Below are positions 26,310-38,400 of a stretch of 50,834 nucleotides of DNA, piece by piece. Source of the DNA: an uncultured Clostridium sp. (GTDB lineage: Bacteria > Bacillota_I > Bacilli_A > RF39 > UBA660); NCBI GenBank assembly GCA_945788325.1, contig CALZLL010000001.1, positions 1-50,834 on the forward strand. The letters are read 5' to 3'. Made by a program: the position numbers and the translations under genes. The notes below the pieces were generated by a model. It did no database searches. It was not told where the DNA came from and saw only the letters and a program-made list of their open reading frames with translations. Position 1 is the stretch's first letter, and every line of letters begins with the position of its first letter.

Positions 26310-27110
26310 ATGATGACCTTAGAAGATACAAAAGTTACTTTAATGGGTAATTGGTTATCAATAAAGGTTATGGGGAAAAATAATACCATGGTAAAAGCTA
26401 AAAAGTTATACGTTGATGCTGATCAAAAAAAACATGAGCAAATACTAAATTATTATAATGATTTAATAATTAAAGATAATTCTAAAGCTTTTTCTATGTT
26501 AAAGAGTATACTGTGTGAGAAAAATGTAGCTGGTATAATGCTTAATGGTGATATTTTGAAATTATTTCTTGATAAAGAACCAGCATTTTTTAATAAAAAG
26601 CCAGAAGTAGAAGTAGCATTATATTCTCCTGAAATAATTGATAACAAGTATGAATTAATAGATATTTCATATAAAAACTATGATGATTCAAGACGACAAT
26701 TTTTAGATAAAAGTATAAAAAAAGAAAATGTTAATTATATTATAAATACAAAAAGTAATATTAGTAGCTACGAAAATTATGATAATGATTATATATTTAA
26801 TATATCAGATAGTAATATTTATTTATTTTATAACAGGGAAAAAGAGTTTTTGATTGATTTAATTCGTGAAATATTATCTAAACGTAATGAAGTTTGTTAT
26901 TTAAATTATGGAGTGGTTTTACCTACTAAAAATAACGTTACATATTATGTTAAAGACATAGTATTAGAAGTAGAAGATATAATGATAAAAATTGATTTGA
27001 TTGATGATGCTGAATATGAAGAAATAATGAATTTAATTGTTTCTCATAATAAAGAAATAGATAAAAAATATTTAAAATGTAAAAAAAGAAGGAGTGATAA
27101 TAATGAATAA
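26310..27110 (+). CDS. Hypothetical protein (~266 aa), between the T-box leader and glyQS
   Basis: Long ORF with RBS aaggaag. No motif recognised. Overlaps the glyQS start. Confidence 0.4.
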   Translation: MMTLEDTKVTLMGNWLSIKVMGKNNTMVKAKKLYVDADQKKHEQILNYYNDLIIKDNSKAFSMLKSILCEKNVAGIMLNGDILKLFLDKEPAFFNKKPEVEVALYSPEIIDNKYELIDISYKNYDDSRRQFLDKSIKKENVNYIINTKSNISSYENYDNDYIFNISDSNIYLFYNREKEFLIDLIREILSKRNEVCYLNYGVVLPTKNNVTYYVKDIVLEVEDIMIKIDLIDDAEYEEIMNLIVSHNKEIDKKYLKCKKRRSDNNE

Positions 27111-28479
27111 TAAATTAAATATGGAGGAATTAGTTAATTTATGTAAACAATATGGAATTATATTTCAAGGAAGTGAAATATATGGTGGGTTAGCAAATAC
27201 ATGGGATTTTGGACCAGTAGGCGCAGAGTTAAAAAGTAATATTAAAAAAGCATGGCTTAAGAAATTTGTACAAGAAGATCCAAATAACGTAGGCCTTGAT
27301 AGTGCTATTTTAATGAATCCAAAAACTTGGGAAGCATCGGGACATATTTCTACGTTTAGTGATCCATTAATTGATTGTAAATCATGTAAAACAAGACATA
27401 GAGCAGATAAATTAGTTGAAGATGATGGTGTTATAGATGCTGGTGGTATGAGTAATGAAGAACTTATAAATTACATTAACGAGCATAATATAGTTTGCCC
27501 AAAATGTGGTAAATTAGACTATACTGATATAAGACAGTTTAACCTAATGTTTAAAACATTCCAAGGGGTAACAGAAGATAGTAAAAGTACAATTTACTTA
27601 AGACCTGAAACCGCACAAGGTATTTTTGCTGACTATTTAAATATTCAAAGATCGATGAGACTTAAATTACCTTTTGGTGTTGGACAAGTGGGAAAATCAT
27701 TTAGAAATGAAATTACACCAGGTAACTTTATTTTTAGGGTAAGAGAATTTGAACAAATGGAACTTGAATTTTTCTGTAAACCTGGAACAGAGTTAGAATG
27801 GTTTAAATATTATAAAGAATATTGTAAAAATTTCTTAATTAGTTTAGGTATAAGTGAAGAAAATTTAAGATTAAGGGATCATTCTAAAGAAGAATTATCA
27901 TTTTATAGTAATGCTACAACTGATATTGAATATAAATTTCCATTTGGATGGGGTGAATTATGGGGTATTGCAAGCCGTACTAATTATGATTTATCACAAC
28001 ATCAAAAATTTTCTGGAGCTAATATGGAATATCAAGATCCAGAAACAAATGAAAAATATATTCCATATGTTATTGAACCTTCTGTAGGTGTTGAAAGACT
28101 TACTCTTATGACTTTATGTGAAGCATATAATAAAGAAACTTTAGAAGATGGTTCAACAAGAGAAGTTATGAAATTTCATCCTTTTTTAGCACCATATAAA
28201 GTAGCAGTATTACCACTTGTTAAAAAGTATCATAAAGAAAAATCAGAAGAATTATATAAAATGTTTGCAAAAGAATTTATGACAACTTATGATGAAACTG
28301 GTTCTATTGGTAAAAGATATAGAAGACAAGACGTAATAGGAACTCCATTTTGTATAACAATAGATGATGAAACAATAAATAATGGTACTGTAACTATAAG
28401 AGATAGAGATACTATGCAACAAATCACTTTAAAGATAGAAGAAGCTATTAATTACGTAAAAGAAAAAATAAAGTTTTAA
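27103..28479 (+). CDS. glyQS: Glycine--tRNA ligase (single-chain alpha2 type)
   Basis: [55 protein letters not shown] (class II motifs), GKRYRRQD. About 460 aa. Confidence 0.95.
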   Translation: MNNKLNMEELVNLCKQYGIIFQGSEIYGGLANTWDFGPVGAELKSNIKKAWLKKFVQEDPNNVGLDSAILMNPKTWEASGHISTFSDPLIDCKSCKTRHRADKLVEDDGVIDAGGMSNEELINYINEHNIVCPKCGKLDYTDIRQFNLMFKTFQGVTEDSKSTIYLRPETAQGIFADYLNIQRSMRLKLPFGVGQVGKSFRNEITPGNFIFRVREFEQMELEFFCKPGTELEWFKYYKEYCKNFLISLGISEENLRLRDHSKEELSFYSNATTDIEYKFPFGWGELWGIASRTNYDLSQHQKFSGANMEYQDPETNEKYIPYVIEPSVGVERLTLMTLCEAYNKETLEDGSTREVMKFHPFLAPYKVAVLPLVKKYHKEKSEELYKMFAKEFMTTYDETGSIGKRYRRQDVIGTPFCITIDDETINNGTVTIRDRDTMQQITLKIEEAINYVKEKIKF

Positions 28480-28491
28480 AAGGTGAGTAGT

Positions 28492-29880
28492 ATGAATAAA
28501 GGGAAAAATAAAACTTTAAAAACTTTAAAAGAAGAAGTAGAACTCTCGCTTAAGGATGAAGATTATTCTTCGTCCTTGAAGCTCTGCACTAAAATAAAAG
28601 AAAAATATCCAAAAAATTATTATGGATACTTAGGAATTATAAAAAGTAAAACCCATAATTATAAAAAATACATTCAAGAAGATGAGTTAAAAGAAGTAAA
28701 AAAAGATTATGAAAGTTTAATAGATCTTGTAAAAAAAGATGATAAACAATTAATTAAAAGAGAATTTGATGAATATATAAATGATTGCATGGAAGTAGAA
28801 AATTTAAAAAAGATAAGAAAAGATTTAGTTTCAAAGTTCTTTTTAAAATCATTATATAACGATGGAATATTATTTTTAAACCAAAATATTAATGCAAGTA
28901 CATCATATAATCTAAACGGGAAAAGAATAACCAATCTATATGATTTAATAAAAGGAATATTTTGGTTAACTTGTTTAATCTTTAATCTTATTCATCACAA
29001 CCAACTTCTTATTATTACAATACCATTTGGTATATTTGGATTAATTACCATTTATTCATTCTTTAATATGAATTTTATAAAAAAGGGGAATTTAAGATCA
29101 GAAAGAAAACATATTAATAAGATAATAAAAGAAGCTAAAAATAAAATTTTAAATATAAAACAAGAAATAGTTAAATTAGATGAAAACATTAATTTTTTAA
29201 ACGAACAAAAATCAAATACTATTTTAAAAATTCCTGAAACTTTCATTAATGATAATAAATTTCTTATTGAAAATAATGAAAAAGAAATAGCTAATAATAT
29301 TCAAAATGAATTATCTTCTAATAATGTATCTTCTTTTACTTATTTAATTAGTGAAGAAACTAGCTTAAATGTTGATGATGTGTTTTCAGAAATAATACCA
29401 CAGATAAATGATGAAAATGATGAATTATCTAAGTATTTATCGGGAAAATTAAATGAAAAGAAAAACATTCAAAATAAATTGATTTTTATGAAAAAAATAA
29501 AACCTTATAATTATGTTATTTTAGTAATTTTACTTATAATTAGTATATTTAGTTTCATTGTAATAGCTAATAACTTGCATGAACTACATATAAAATCATT
29601 TGTTTTTGGATGCGCTACAGGTGTTTTAAGCATTCTTATTCATAATGTTAGCTCTGGGAAGCATAATTCATTAATTGATACTTTTAATGATAATTTATTA
29701 TCAACCATATTTAATAGTACTTTAGTATATGATTTAGTATATATGTCTATTACTAACGAATTAAATTTTACTTATGGTTTTGTTGAAATACCAATTATAT
29801 TTATGTTAATATTTGTAGGTTTTGTGATGCTTATTTCACTTTTTAAATATAAATATTTGTTAAAAAAATCGAGGGGATAG
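28492..29880 (+). CDS. Membrane protein with helical (TPR-like?) N-terminal region, unknown function
   Basis: Soluble K/E-rich N-terminus, then two clusters of TM helices. No recognised motif. Confidence 0.35.
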   Translation: MNKGKNKTLKTLKEEVELSLKDEDYSSSLKLCTKIKEKYPKNYYGYLGIIKSKTHNYKKYIQEDELKEVKKDYESLIDLVKKDDKQLIKREFDEYINDCMEVENLKKIRKDLVSKFFLKSLYNDGILFLNQNINASTSYNLNGKRITNLYDLIKGIFWLTCLIFNLIHHNQLLIITIPFGIFGLITIYSFFNMNFIKKGNLRSERKHINKIIKEAKNKILNIKQEIVKLDENINFLNEQKSNTILKIPETFINDNKFLIENNEKEIANNIQNELSSNNVSSFTYLISEETSLNVDDVFSEIIPQINDENDELSKYLSGKLNEKKNIQNKLIFMKKIKPYNYVILVILLIISIFSFIVIANNLHELHIKSFVFGCATGVLSILIHNVSSGKHNSLIDTFNDNLLSTIFNSTLVYDLVYMSITNELNFTYGFVEIPIIFMLIFVGFVMLISLFKYKYLLKKSRG

Positions 29881-29921
29881 TCCTCTTTTTTTTATCGTAC
29901 AAAAAAATAAGGCTTTAAGCC

Positions 29922-30527
29922 TTATTTATTGTAGAATTCAACGATCATTGATTCTTTTATGTCTGCTGGAAGTTCACTTCTTTCAGGCATACGTACATAT
30001 GTACCAGATAACTTCTTTTTATCAAATTCAACATATTCTACAGTCTTATTTACTTTTTCTAAAGATTCTAAGATTGCTTTATGGTCTTTTGAAGCTTCTT
30101 TAACTGCAATTACATCACCAGCTTTAACTTGGTATGATGGAATATCAACTTTTTTACCATTTACAGTAATATGTCCATGGTTAACAACTTGTCTTGCAGC
30201 TCTTCTAGTAGTAGCTAATCCCATACGATAAACTACGTTATCTAATCTACTTTCTAAAAGTTTAAGGAAGTTTTCACCTTGGATACCTTTCATTTTAGCT
30301 GCTTTTTCAAATGTTAATCTAAATTGTTTTTCGTTAACACCATACATTAATCTTACTTTTTGTTTTTCCATTAATTGAAGCTTGTATTCTGAAGCTTTAC
30401 CACGTCTTTTATCATTTCCATGTTGACCTGGTCCATATGGTTTTTTTACTAATTCTTTACCTGATTCTAGTAAAGAAAAACCTAAATGACGGCTTTTCTT
30501 ATACATAGGTCCTGTATATCTTGCCAT
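29922..30527 (-). CDS. rpsD: 30S ribosomal protein S4
   Basis: [16 protein letters not shown] ... S4 domain [45 protein letters not shown]. Confidence 0.95.
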   Translation of the reverse strand: MARYTGPMYKKSRHLGFSLLESGKELVKKPYGPGQHGNDKRRGKASEYKLQLMEKQKVRLMYGVNEKQFRLTFEKAAKMKGIQGENFLKLLESRLDNVVYRMGLATTRRAARQVVNHGHITVNGKKVDIPSYQVKAGDVIAVKEASKDHKAILESLEKVNKTVEYVEFDKKKLSGTYVRMPERSELPADIKESMIVEFYNK

Positions 30528-30725
30528 TTAATCTCCTCCTTTGTTTTATTGTAAACTAAAGGACTTTTGCCATTTAATAGGGAGTTTGTTTTAATGTTTT
30601 CATCTTCGCAGCTTATAAAGATTACTTACATAACGTAATTGCAACAAACACGTTATTAAATTCAAAAAGTGCTGCTTTAAAGTTTACACGCTTTAAATTA
30701 TAACTAATTATATTCAAATAGTCAA
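30528..30725 (-). promoter_or_regulatory. rpsD promoter plus long 5' leader (candidate S4 autoregulatory leader)
   Basis: On the minus strand, TTGACT (30720..30725), 17-nt spacer, TATAAT (30697..30702). This gives a 5' UTR of roughly 160 nt. S4 autoregulation via the rpsD leader is established in Bacillus. The structure was not verified here. Confidence 0.4.
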
Positions 30726-30783
30726 GTTTTATTGATAAAATAAAGAAAATATGGTAGTATATGTATCACGTTGGGGGACAAAT

Positions 30784-31638
30784 ATGAATAAATATGAAAG
30801 CTTATTATTAAATATTTTTTCAAAAGAAAGCTCAATAACTCCGTTTGGTAACCTTGATCCATCTTATTTATGGACAAATGAAGATATGTCCTTATATCCA
30901 AAAGAAAACTTAAAAGATAAAAAGATTCTTACTATTACTTCAAGCGGAGATCATGCTTTAAATTGTGTATTAAATGGTGCAACAAATATTTCATCTTTTG
31001 ATGTTAACATATTTAGTAAATATGTATCCGCTTTAAAAATAGCGATGATAAAAAAATACAATTATTATGATTTTTTCAAAAGAATGAGATTTATTGAAGA
31101 AATGGAAACCTTTAATTATAATTTTAAAGACAATATAATTTTTGAAGTAAAAGAATATTTAACAATGGATGAATATAAGTTTTGGGATACTTTTGAATAT
31201 TTAAGGATAAATAATAAAATATCTTATGGTGATGTTATAAATCCATATGGAAATATAAAATATAATAATTATATTGATTTATTACAATATCAAAAATTAA
31301 AGAAAAATTTAAAGAACGTAAATTTTAAGTATTATGATACAGATATTATTAATATAAAAAATTGTATTAATGAAGAGTTTGATAGAGTTTTTTTAAGCAA
31401 TGTTTTAGAATACGTTTTATGTTCAAATACACCAAATTTTACTAAAAATTATCATGAGGTGTTAAATGGTTTAGATAAGATATTAAAAGTAAATGCTATA
31501 ATATATGGTTATGATTTTAATTTTATATCAAAGTATGAAGATGAAATGCCATCTAATTTATCATATAATTACAATGAAATAATTAAAAAGAAAAACAATG
31601 CGTGTAAACAAAAAGTTTTTAGTTTAAGTAAAGTTTAA
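30784..31638 (+). CDS. DUF3419-like SAM-dependent methyltransferase-fold protein
   Basis: KKILTITSSGDHALNCVLNGATNISSFDVNIFSKYVSALKIAMIKKYNYYDFF matches my recollection of the DUF3419 (BtaA-like) N-terminal pattern. Confidence 0.45.
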   Translation: MNKYESLLLNIFSKESSITPFGNLDPSYLWTNEDMSLYPKENLKDKKILTITSSGDHALNCVLNGATNISSFDVNIFSKYVSALKIAMIKKYNYYDFFKRMRFIEEMETFNYNFKDNIIFEVKEYLTMDEYKFWDTFEYLRINNKISYGDVINPYGNIKYNNYIDLLQYQKLKKNLKNVNFKYYDTDIINIKNCINEEFDRVFLSNVLEYVLCSNTPNFTKNYHEVLNGLDKILKVNAIIYGYDFNFISKYEDEMPSNLSYNYNEIIKKKNNACKQKVFSLSKV

Positions 31639-31717
31639 TACTTTACTTTTTTTAAATATAAGTAGCAAAAAGTCGATTTTTATGATAAGATATTTTATAT
31701 AGTAGGAGGAATGTAAA

Positions 31718-33427
31718 ATGGGTAAAGGATTATATGTTGGTACCATAGTTGTTCTATCGCTAATTATTATAATAATTTTAATAATAGTATTAAAATCAAA
31801 GAAGAAAAAAAGAATGTTAACGGCGGTGAATAATTTAGAAAAAGAAAAAAACATGCTTATTAACGTTCCTGTTTTAAGTGAGCTATCGAAAGTTAAGGCA
31901 CTTGTTAAAAATAATAGTAAGTTAGAAGAAAAATATAACGCATGGGACATTAAGTTTCAAATGATTGAAAACGAAACCATTCCACTTGTTAATGATATGT
32001 TAATAGAAGTAGATTTTTTAATAGATAAAAGTAATTCAAAAGAAGTTTATCAAAAGATTACTGAAATAGAAATTAAATTATATGAAGTTAAAACAAAGAT
32101 AAAAAATATCTTATCAGAAATAAAAGAAATAACGCTAAGTGAAGAGAGAAATAGAGCTACCGTAATTAAGTTAAAAACACAATATAGAAATTTAAAAAAG
32201 AAATTTGAAGAAACAAAGACAGATTATGAAGAGACGGTTAAAACAATTGAATTACAATTTGAAACAATAGAAAGACGTTTTGAAGAATTTGAAGAAGTAA
32301 TGGAGAAAAAAGACTATGAAGAAGTGATATACGTAGTTAAAGGATTAACAGAGATGTTAGATCATATGACCATAATAATTGATGAAATACCTGAAATAAT
32401 GTTAATGGGTAAAAATTTAATACCAAAAAGAACCGAAGATGTATCTAGTGAATACATAAAGTTAACTAGAGAAGGATACCAATTAGATTATTTAAACGTT
32501 GAATATAACATTGTAGAAACAGAAAAAAAAGTAAATGCTATTTTTGATCGTGTAAGAGTTCTTAACTTAGAAGATGTTACTTTTGAATTAAAGACTATAT
32601 TAGAATATTTTGATTCATTATTTAATGATTTTGAAACAGAGAAAATAACTAGAAAATATTATGAAGAAGGACTTGTTTCATTTAATAAGAAAAAAAATCA
32701 CGTTAATAAAGTACTAACCGCGGTAGAAAATCAATTGCCTGAAATGAAAAATAGATATAACTTAACTGAGGATACCCTTGATTCTATAAAACTTTTAAGA
32801 AGTGAGTTTGAAGGCGTTTTAAAAGATTATGATAAATTAGAGACATTAAATAAAAATCATTCTTTTCCTTTTTCTAAACTAAATCAAGATTTAGAAATAA
32901 TAGTACTTAAATTAAGTAAATTACATGAAAAATTAAATGGTTTATTACAAAAAGTTGGTAATTTAAAAGATGATGAAGAAAGAGCTAAAGGACAATTAGA
33001 AGATATTAAATTGCTTTTAAAACAATCTAAGTATCAAATAAGAAAAAATAGACTTCCAATAATTCCTGATAATTATTATGTTGAGTTAAGAGAAGCATCA
33101 GATGCAATTAAGGAAATACAAGTTGAATTAACTAAAAAACCACTTGACGTTGATACGTTAAACGTTAGGGTTGATACAGCTAGGGATTTGGTGTTTAAAT
33201 TACATAATACAACTGCTGAGATGATAAAAATGGCATTATTATCAGAATATGCTATAGTATATGGAAACCGTTATAGATCTTCTAAACCGGTTATAAATGA
33301 TGGACTTGTTAAAGCAGAAAAATTATTCTTTAACGGAGAATATAAAAAATCTTTAGAACTAAGTATTAATACATTAGATGTGGTAGAACCTGGTATTCAT
33401 AAAAAGATATTAGATTACAAAAAATAA
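31718..33427 (+). CDS. ezrA: Septation ring formation regulator EzrA
   Basis: 569 aa with a single N-terminal TM, then long coiled-coil repeats. The size and layout are characteristic of EzrA. Confidence 0.8.
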   Translation: MGKGLYVGTIVVLSLIIIIILIIVLKSKKKKRMLTAVNNLEKEKNMLINVPVLSELSKVKALVKNNSKLEEKYNAWDIKFQMIENETIPLVNDMLIEVDFLIDKSNSKEVYQKITEIEIKLYEVKTKIKNILSEIKEITLSEERNRATVIKLKTQYRNLKKKFEETKTDYEETVKTIELQFETIERRFEEFEEVMEKKDYEEVIYVVKGLTEMLDHMTIIIDEIPEIMLMGKNLIPKRTEDVSSEYIKLTREGYQLDYLNVEYNIVETEKKVNAIFDRVRVLNLEDVTFELKTILEYFDSLFNDFETEKITRKYYEEGLVSFNKKKNHVNKVLTAVENQLPEMKNRYNLTEDTLDSIKLLRSEFEGVLKDYDKLETLNKNHSFPFSKLNQDLEIIVLKLSKLHEKLNGLLQKVGNLKDDEERAKGQLEDIKLLLKQSKYQIRKNRLPIIPDNYYVELREASDAIKEIQVELTKKPLDVDTLNVRVDTARDLVFKLHNTTAEMIKMALLSEYAIVYGNRYRSSKPVINDGLVKAEKLFFNGEYKKSLELSINTLDVVEPGIHKKILDYKK

Positions 33428-33442
33428 AAGGAGGTGTTTTAA

Positions 33443-34363
33443 ATGAAAGAATGGCTTTTAAAGGATGAAAAGAATAAAGTTGGAAGACCAAGATTAGCTA
33501 GTGACGAAGTTTTAAAAAAAGCTAAAATATCAATTGCGGTAGGTTTTATAATTAGTTTTGTTCTTATGTTTTCCTTTTTTAGCATCTTAAAAGGCACAAC
33601 TCCTACAAAATACGCATATTCTCTTACTTTAGAAAAACTATTTGGAGAGTTAACAAATAAAAATGGTTTTATAGTAAGTGATTATTATGATAAAAATGAT
33701 GATTATGTTATGGAATTTAAAGTTCCAGACGTAATATATAATTATTCAGGATCTTATAAATATACATTATATGAACTTAATAATAACGAATGGAAAGAAA
33801 AAGATAGTAAAACAATTGATAAAGAAGAAAGAAGTTTTAAGATAAAAGTTAAATCTTTAAAAAACCAAAATAAAACTTGGAAGATAAAGTTACAAATTAT
33901 AAATGCTACCAATATAAAAGAAGCTTATAACCCATCTTCTTGGCAATTTAATGATTCTAAAAATACTAAAGATATGTATGCGTATAAAGTATTTACTGTA
34001 AAAGGATATTATAGCCCGGTATTAAATGAAGAATTAAAAGAATCTAAAAAGAGTAATGATAAAATAACGATAGATACTAAAAAAGAAGATCCTAGAAGTT
34101 TTATTGTAAATTTAAATGATGGGGTATATAACGTGGTTGTTAAATATACTGATACAGCTTCTAAGGAAGTTTTACTAGCAAATGATAAAGAAGTAAGTGG
34201 AATAAAAGAGTATGTAATACCTGGATTAGATCGCTCTACTAAGGTGGTATTTAAAATTTATGGTGAAGATGTTAAAAGTAAGAGATTATCTAATTGGCAA
34301 TATCAAGAAAGTAAAGGATATATTACTAATAGTTATGTTTTAAAACCAGAAAAAGCATATTAA
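33443..34363 (+). CDS. Membrane-anchored protein with N-terminal KVGRPRLA motif (third family member)
   Basis: DEKNKVGRPRLASDEVLKKAK followed by TM ISIAVGFIISFVLMFSFFSIL, then a beta-rich ectodomain containing YTLYELNNNEWKEKD, which resembles YKLDNEGWIEV of 7262..7645. Confidence 0.5.
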   Translation: MKEWLLKDEKNKVGRPRLASDEVLKKAKISIAVGFIISFVLMFSFFSILKGTTPTKYAYSLTLEKLFGELTNKNGFIVSDYYDKNDDYVMEFKVPDVIYNYSGSYKYTLYELNNNEWKEKDSKTIDKEERSFKIKVKSLKNQNKTWKIKLQIINATNIKEAYNPSSWQFNDSKNTKDMYAYKVFTVKGYYSPVLNEELKESKKSNDKITIDTKKEDPRSFIVNLNDGVYNVVVKYTDTASKEVLLANDKEVSGIKEYVIPGLDRSTKVVFKIYGEDVKSKRLSNWQYQESKGYITNSYVLKPEKAY

Positions 34364-34410
34364 AAGGACTTCAAAGTCTTTTTTTTAATATAATTCATAT
34401 TATTAATTAG

Positions 34411-35262
34411 GTGATGAAATTGCTTAAAAATACTAGCAAACTAATAAGTTTATTTTTATTATTGTTATTAAGCTTTATTTATACTGATAAAGTTTTTTCT
34501 GAAGCTAGAAATAAAGACCCTATAATGCAAGAAGTAATAAGTTATAAAAATAATAATGATATATTACCAATAGAACCTACAATTAATGATAATGAAATGA
34601 TTTTGGGTATATCAGGTATGGTAGTAAATGAAAAAGAATCTTATAAAAACATGAAAGATGATGATAGTTTTGATAAAAATAAAATAGTATATGATAAAAA
34701 ACCACCTAAAACATCTATATTAAATAATTATAATTATTACATTAAAAAGGGTAATGATAAAAATAATGTGGCATCTATTATTTTTAAGGTTACAAGTGAT
34801 GATAACATTGATGAGATATTATCTTTAGTAGCTAAAACTGGTGTTAAAGTTAATTTCTTTATAGATGGTGCATACTTAGAAAAAAACGTAGAAACAGCTT
34901 TTTCAATGGTTAATTTAAATTGTGAAATATATAATTTGGGATATGATGGTAAATATTCTAAAAGTATGATAGGTGTTACAAATAACTTAATTGAAAGTAT
35001 AACGTTAAAAGATTCTAAATATTGTTTGAACGAAGAAAAAATAGATGATTATAAAAAGTTATGTAAAAGTAAAAAAATGTATTCTATTTTACCTACTTTA
35101 ATTGATCCAACCATTTTAGATTTAAAAGAAAATTTAGAAAAAGGAATAATAATATCTTATAATTTATCTAACTATAATTATAATGAATTTAAACTTATGA
35201 TAAATACAATTACAAGTAGGGGATATAAAATTGAAACTTTATCTAAAATGCTAACAGAATAA
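34411..35262 (+). CDS. Secreted polysaccharide-deacetylase-like (NodB-homology) protein, possibly degenerate
   Basis: Signal peptide. ASIIFKVTSDDNIDEILSLVAKTGVKVNFFIDGAYLEKN resembles the NodB-domain core. Catalytic residues not verified. Start ambiguous. Confidence 0.35.
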   Translation: MMKLLKNTSKLISLFLLLLLSFIYTDKVFSEARNKDPIMQEVISYKNNNDILPIEPTINDNEMILGISGMVVNEKESYKNMKDDDSFDKNKIVYDKKPPKTSILNNYNYYIKKGNDKNNVASIIFKVTSDDNIDEILSLVAKTGVKVNFFIDGAYLEKNVETAFSMVNLNCEIYNLGYDGKYSKSMIGVTNNLIESITLKDSKYCLNEEKIDDYKKLCKSKKMYSILPTLIDPTILDLKENLEKGIIISYNLSNYNYNEFKLMINTITSRGYKIETLSKMLTE

Positions 35263-35411
35263 ATTTTAAGCAATTCAATAATTATTTTGAGTTGCTTTTT
35301 ATTAATTAATTTAAGGTTAGAAAATAAAAAAAGTTGTTTTTTTAATATTTTCTATTTATCTAAAAAATTTTAAATGTTATAATATTTATTAGCGTGAAGT
35401 AAGGTGATATT

Positions 35412-38400
35412 ATGCATGATAAATTAAAATTATTTTTAACTAAAATTAACCTACCAGAAGAGTATTATGATTATTTTAAAGACGGTAAAATATTAAAGTT
35501 AAAATTAGATCATACTAGAAAAAATGGTGTTTTTGTAATTGAAGTTGAAAAAGTGCTTAATGATGATGTTCTTTCGTTTATTAATAAGAATATATCTAAT
35601 GGTTTTCCTGATATGGAATCTATTAGAGCTGAATTTGTTTTAAGAAACGTAGATTATAGTAATGCTACATCTTATTATAAAAAAGCTATTTTAGAAAGTA
35701 CCTTAACAAAACCGATGAAAGAACTATTTTCTGAAAAACAAGTTAAGATGGATGATAAAACTCTTATGGTAGATGTTGATAATATTGCTGAAGAAAACAT
35801 ATTAAAAAATAATGTAGAAAGTGTTATTAGATATTTTAATCAAGTTGGTTATAAAGATATTAAAATTAAAACTAATATTAATGAAGAAAATGCATTAAAA
35901 GTAAAAAAAGAATTAGAAGAAGAATTAAAAAAAGAAGTAATAGCTAAACCAAAAGAAGAAAATCCTATTTTACTTGGTGATGAACCTAAGGGAACTATTA
36001 CCGAGATTAAAGACATTATAGCTGAAGAAGGAAACGTTACGGTTGAAGCTTATGTTTTTGGAGTAGAGGAATTTGAATCGAATAAAAGTGCTTTTAAAAT
36101 TCTTACTTTTAAAATAAGTGATAATACTGATAGTATATATGCTAAAGTTTTTACTAAAGATGCTGATTTGTTTAAAAAGTTATCTAAGTCCATGAAATCA
36201 GGTTGGTTTAGAATTAACGGATATGTAAAGCAAGATGTTTATGCTAAAGATTTGGTTTTAAACATGAGAAACGTTATGAAAATACCTTCTAAAGATGTTG
36301 TAATAGTTGATGATGCTGAAGAAAAAAGAGTAGAGCTTCATGCTCATACGATGATGAGTCAAATGGATGGATTAACCAAACTTGATTTAGGAAAACATAC
36401 TTGTGACTTGGTTACCAACGCGATTAACATGGGTTATAGGGGCGTTGCAATAACGGATCACAATGGATGTCAAGCTTTTCCAATAGCATATGGTATTATT
36501 AAATCTCATAATAAGAAAATTGAAGATAAAACCAAGCATTTTAAAGGTTTATATGGAACTGAACTTACCTTGGTTGATGATACTGTCAATATCGTAGTAA
36601 GACCAACTAATGAACCTTTAATGGATAATACATACGTTGTTTTTGATACTGAAACTACTGGTTTTAATGCAGCTGGTGGAGATCAAATGATAGAAATTGG
36701 AGCGGTTAAGATATCTCATGGGGACATAATTGATAGGTTTGATAAATTAATTGATCCTAAAAGACATATTCCAGATAAGATAACGGAACTTACTTGTATA
36801 ACTGATGCAATGGTAGCGGGCTGTGATGATGAAGAAACTGTTACTAAAGAATTTTTATCTTGGGCTGGTAATTTACCAATGGTTGCACATAACGCTAAGT
36901 TTGATATTTCTTTTATTGAAATGGCAATGAAAAAATATAACTTAGGTGAGTTTAAAAATACCGTTATAGACACGTTAGAATTATCAAGAACGTTAGATCA
37001 AGGTTATGCAAGACATGGACTTTCTGCTTTAGTTAAAAGATATAATGTTCCATGGGAGGAAGATGCTCATCATAGAGCTGATTATGATGCTGAAGGAACT
37101 GCCCATGTATTTCATAAGTTCTTGCAAAAATTAGATTCTCAAAATTATGAAAAAATAAGTGATTTAGATAGATTAGTATCAAAAGATGAAATTCATAAAT
37201 TTGGTAGAACGTATCATTTTAATGCAATAGCAGTTAATAAAACTGGATTAAAAAACATTTTTAAAATGATATCGCTTGCTAATACGGTTTATTTATATAA
37301 AACTCCAAGAATACTTAGAAGTGAGGTAGAACGCTTAAGAGATGGCGTTTTAATTGGTAGTGGTTGCTATGAATCAGAAGTATTTATAGAAGCTAGAAGT
37401 AAAGATGGTGAAGAACTAACTAACATAATTAACTTTTATGATTATGTTGAAGTTCAACCACCTGAAGTTTATAATCACTTGATACAATTAGGAGATTTTA
37501 AAAACGAAGAAGAACTTAAAAATCACATAAAAAAAGTTGTTAGTGCAACTAAAGAAGCTGGAAAGATAATCGTTGCAACGGGAGATGTTCATCACTTCAA
37601 AAGAGAAGATAAAATATATCGTGAAATAATCGTTAATCAAAAAGTACCTGGTGGTGGAAGACATCCGTTAGCTAAAAAAGACATTAAAGAAATTCCATCT
37701 CAACATTTTAGAACGACTAACGAAATGCTTAATGATTTTGCATTTTTAGGTAATGATCTATCAAAAGAGATAGTTATTACTAATACAAATAAAGTTTTAG
37801 ACTTAGTTGACGAAATAGAAGTAATAATTGATACTCATGGAATTCCATTTTCTCCAAGAGTAAAATCTGATGATGGTAAATCTTACCTTGATTGCCCAAG
37901 GGTAGTTACCGATTTAGTTTACGATAAAGCTAAAGATTGGTATGGTGATCCTTTACCATATAACATTGAAGAGCGTATTGCAATGGAACTTTATGGAAAC
38001 ATTGTATATAAAGTATGTAATGATAATATTAAAAAAGAAAATCCTGATATAAACGATGATGATTTAAGTAAGGAAGCATTTAAAAAATTACATAGTGTGA
38101 TATTAGATGGGTTTGATGCTGTTAAGGAATTATTAGGTGTTTATTTTAAAGAAAATTGGAGTGAAGAAGACGGTGAATTTAGTGAAGATTCGTTATCGAA
38201 AAAAATAGATAAAGAACTTGGTGGTATCATAGGTGGAGGTTTTGATCCAATATATTTAATAGCGCAAAGACTAGTTAAACACTCAAACGATGATGGTTAT
38301 TTAGTTGGTTCCCGTGGTTCGGTTGGATCATCTTTTGTAGCTACCATGATGGGTATAACGGAAGTTAATCCACTTCCAGCTCATTATCGTTGTTTAAATT

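Noticed and set aside
29959-30231. Plus-strand 90-aa ORF opposite rpsD, and plus-strand ORFs 44434..44616 and 45690..46193 opposite pilB and ylbJ-like
   Set aside because: They are shadow ORFs of confidently identified minus-strand genes.
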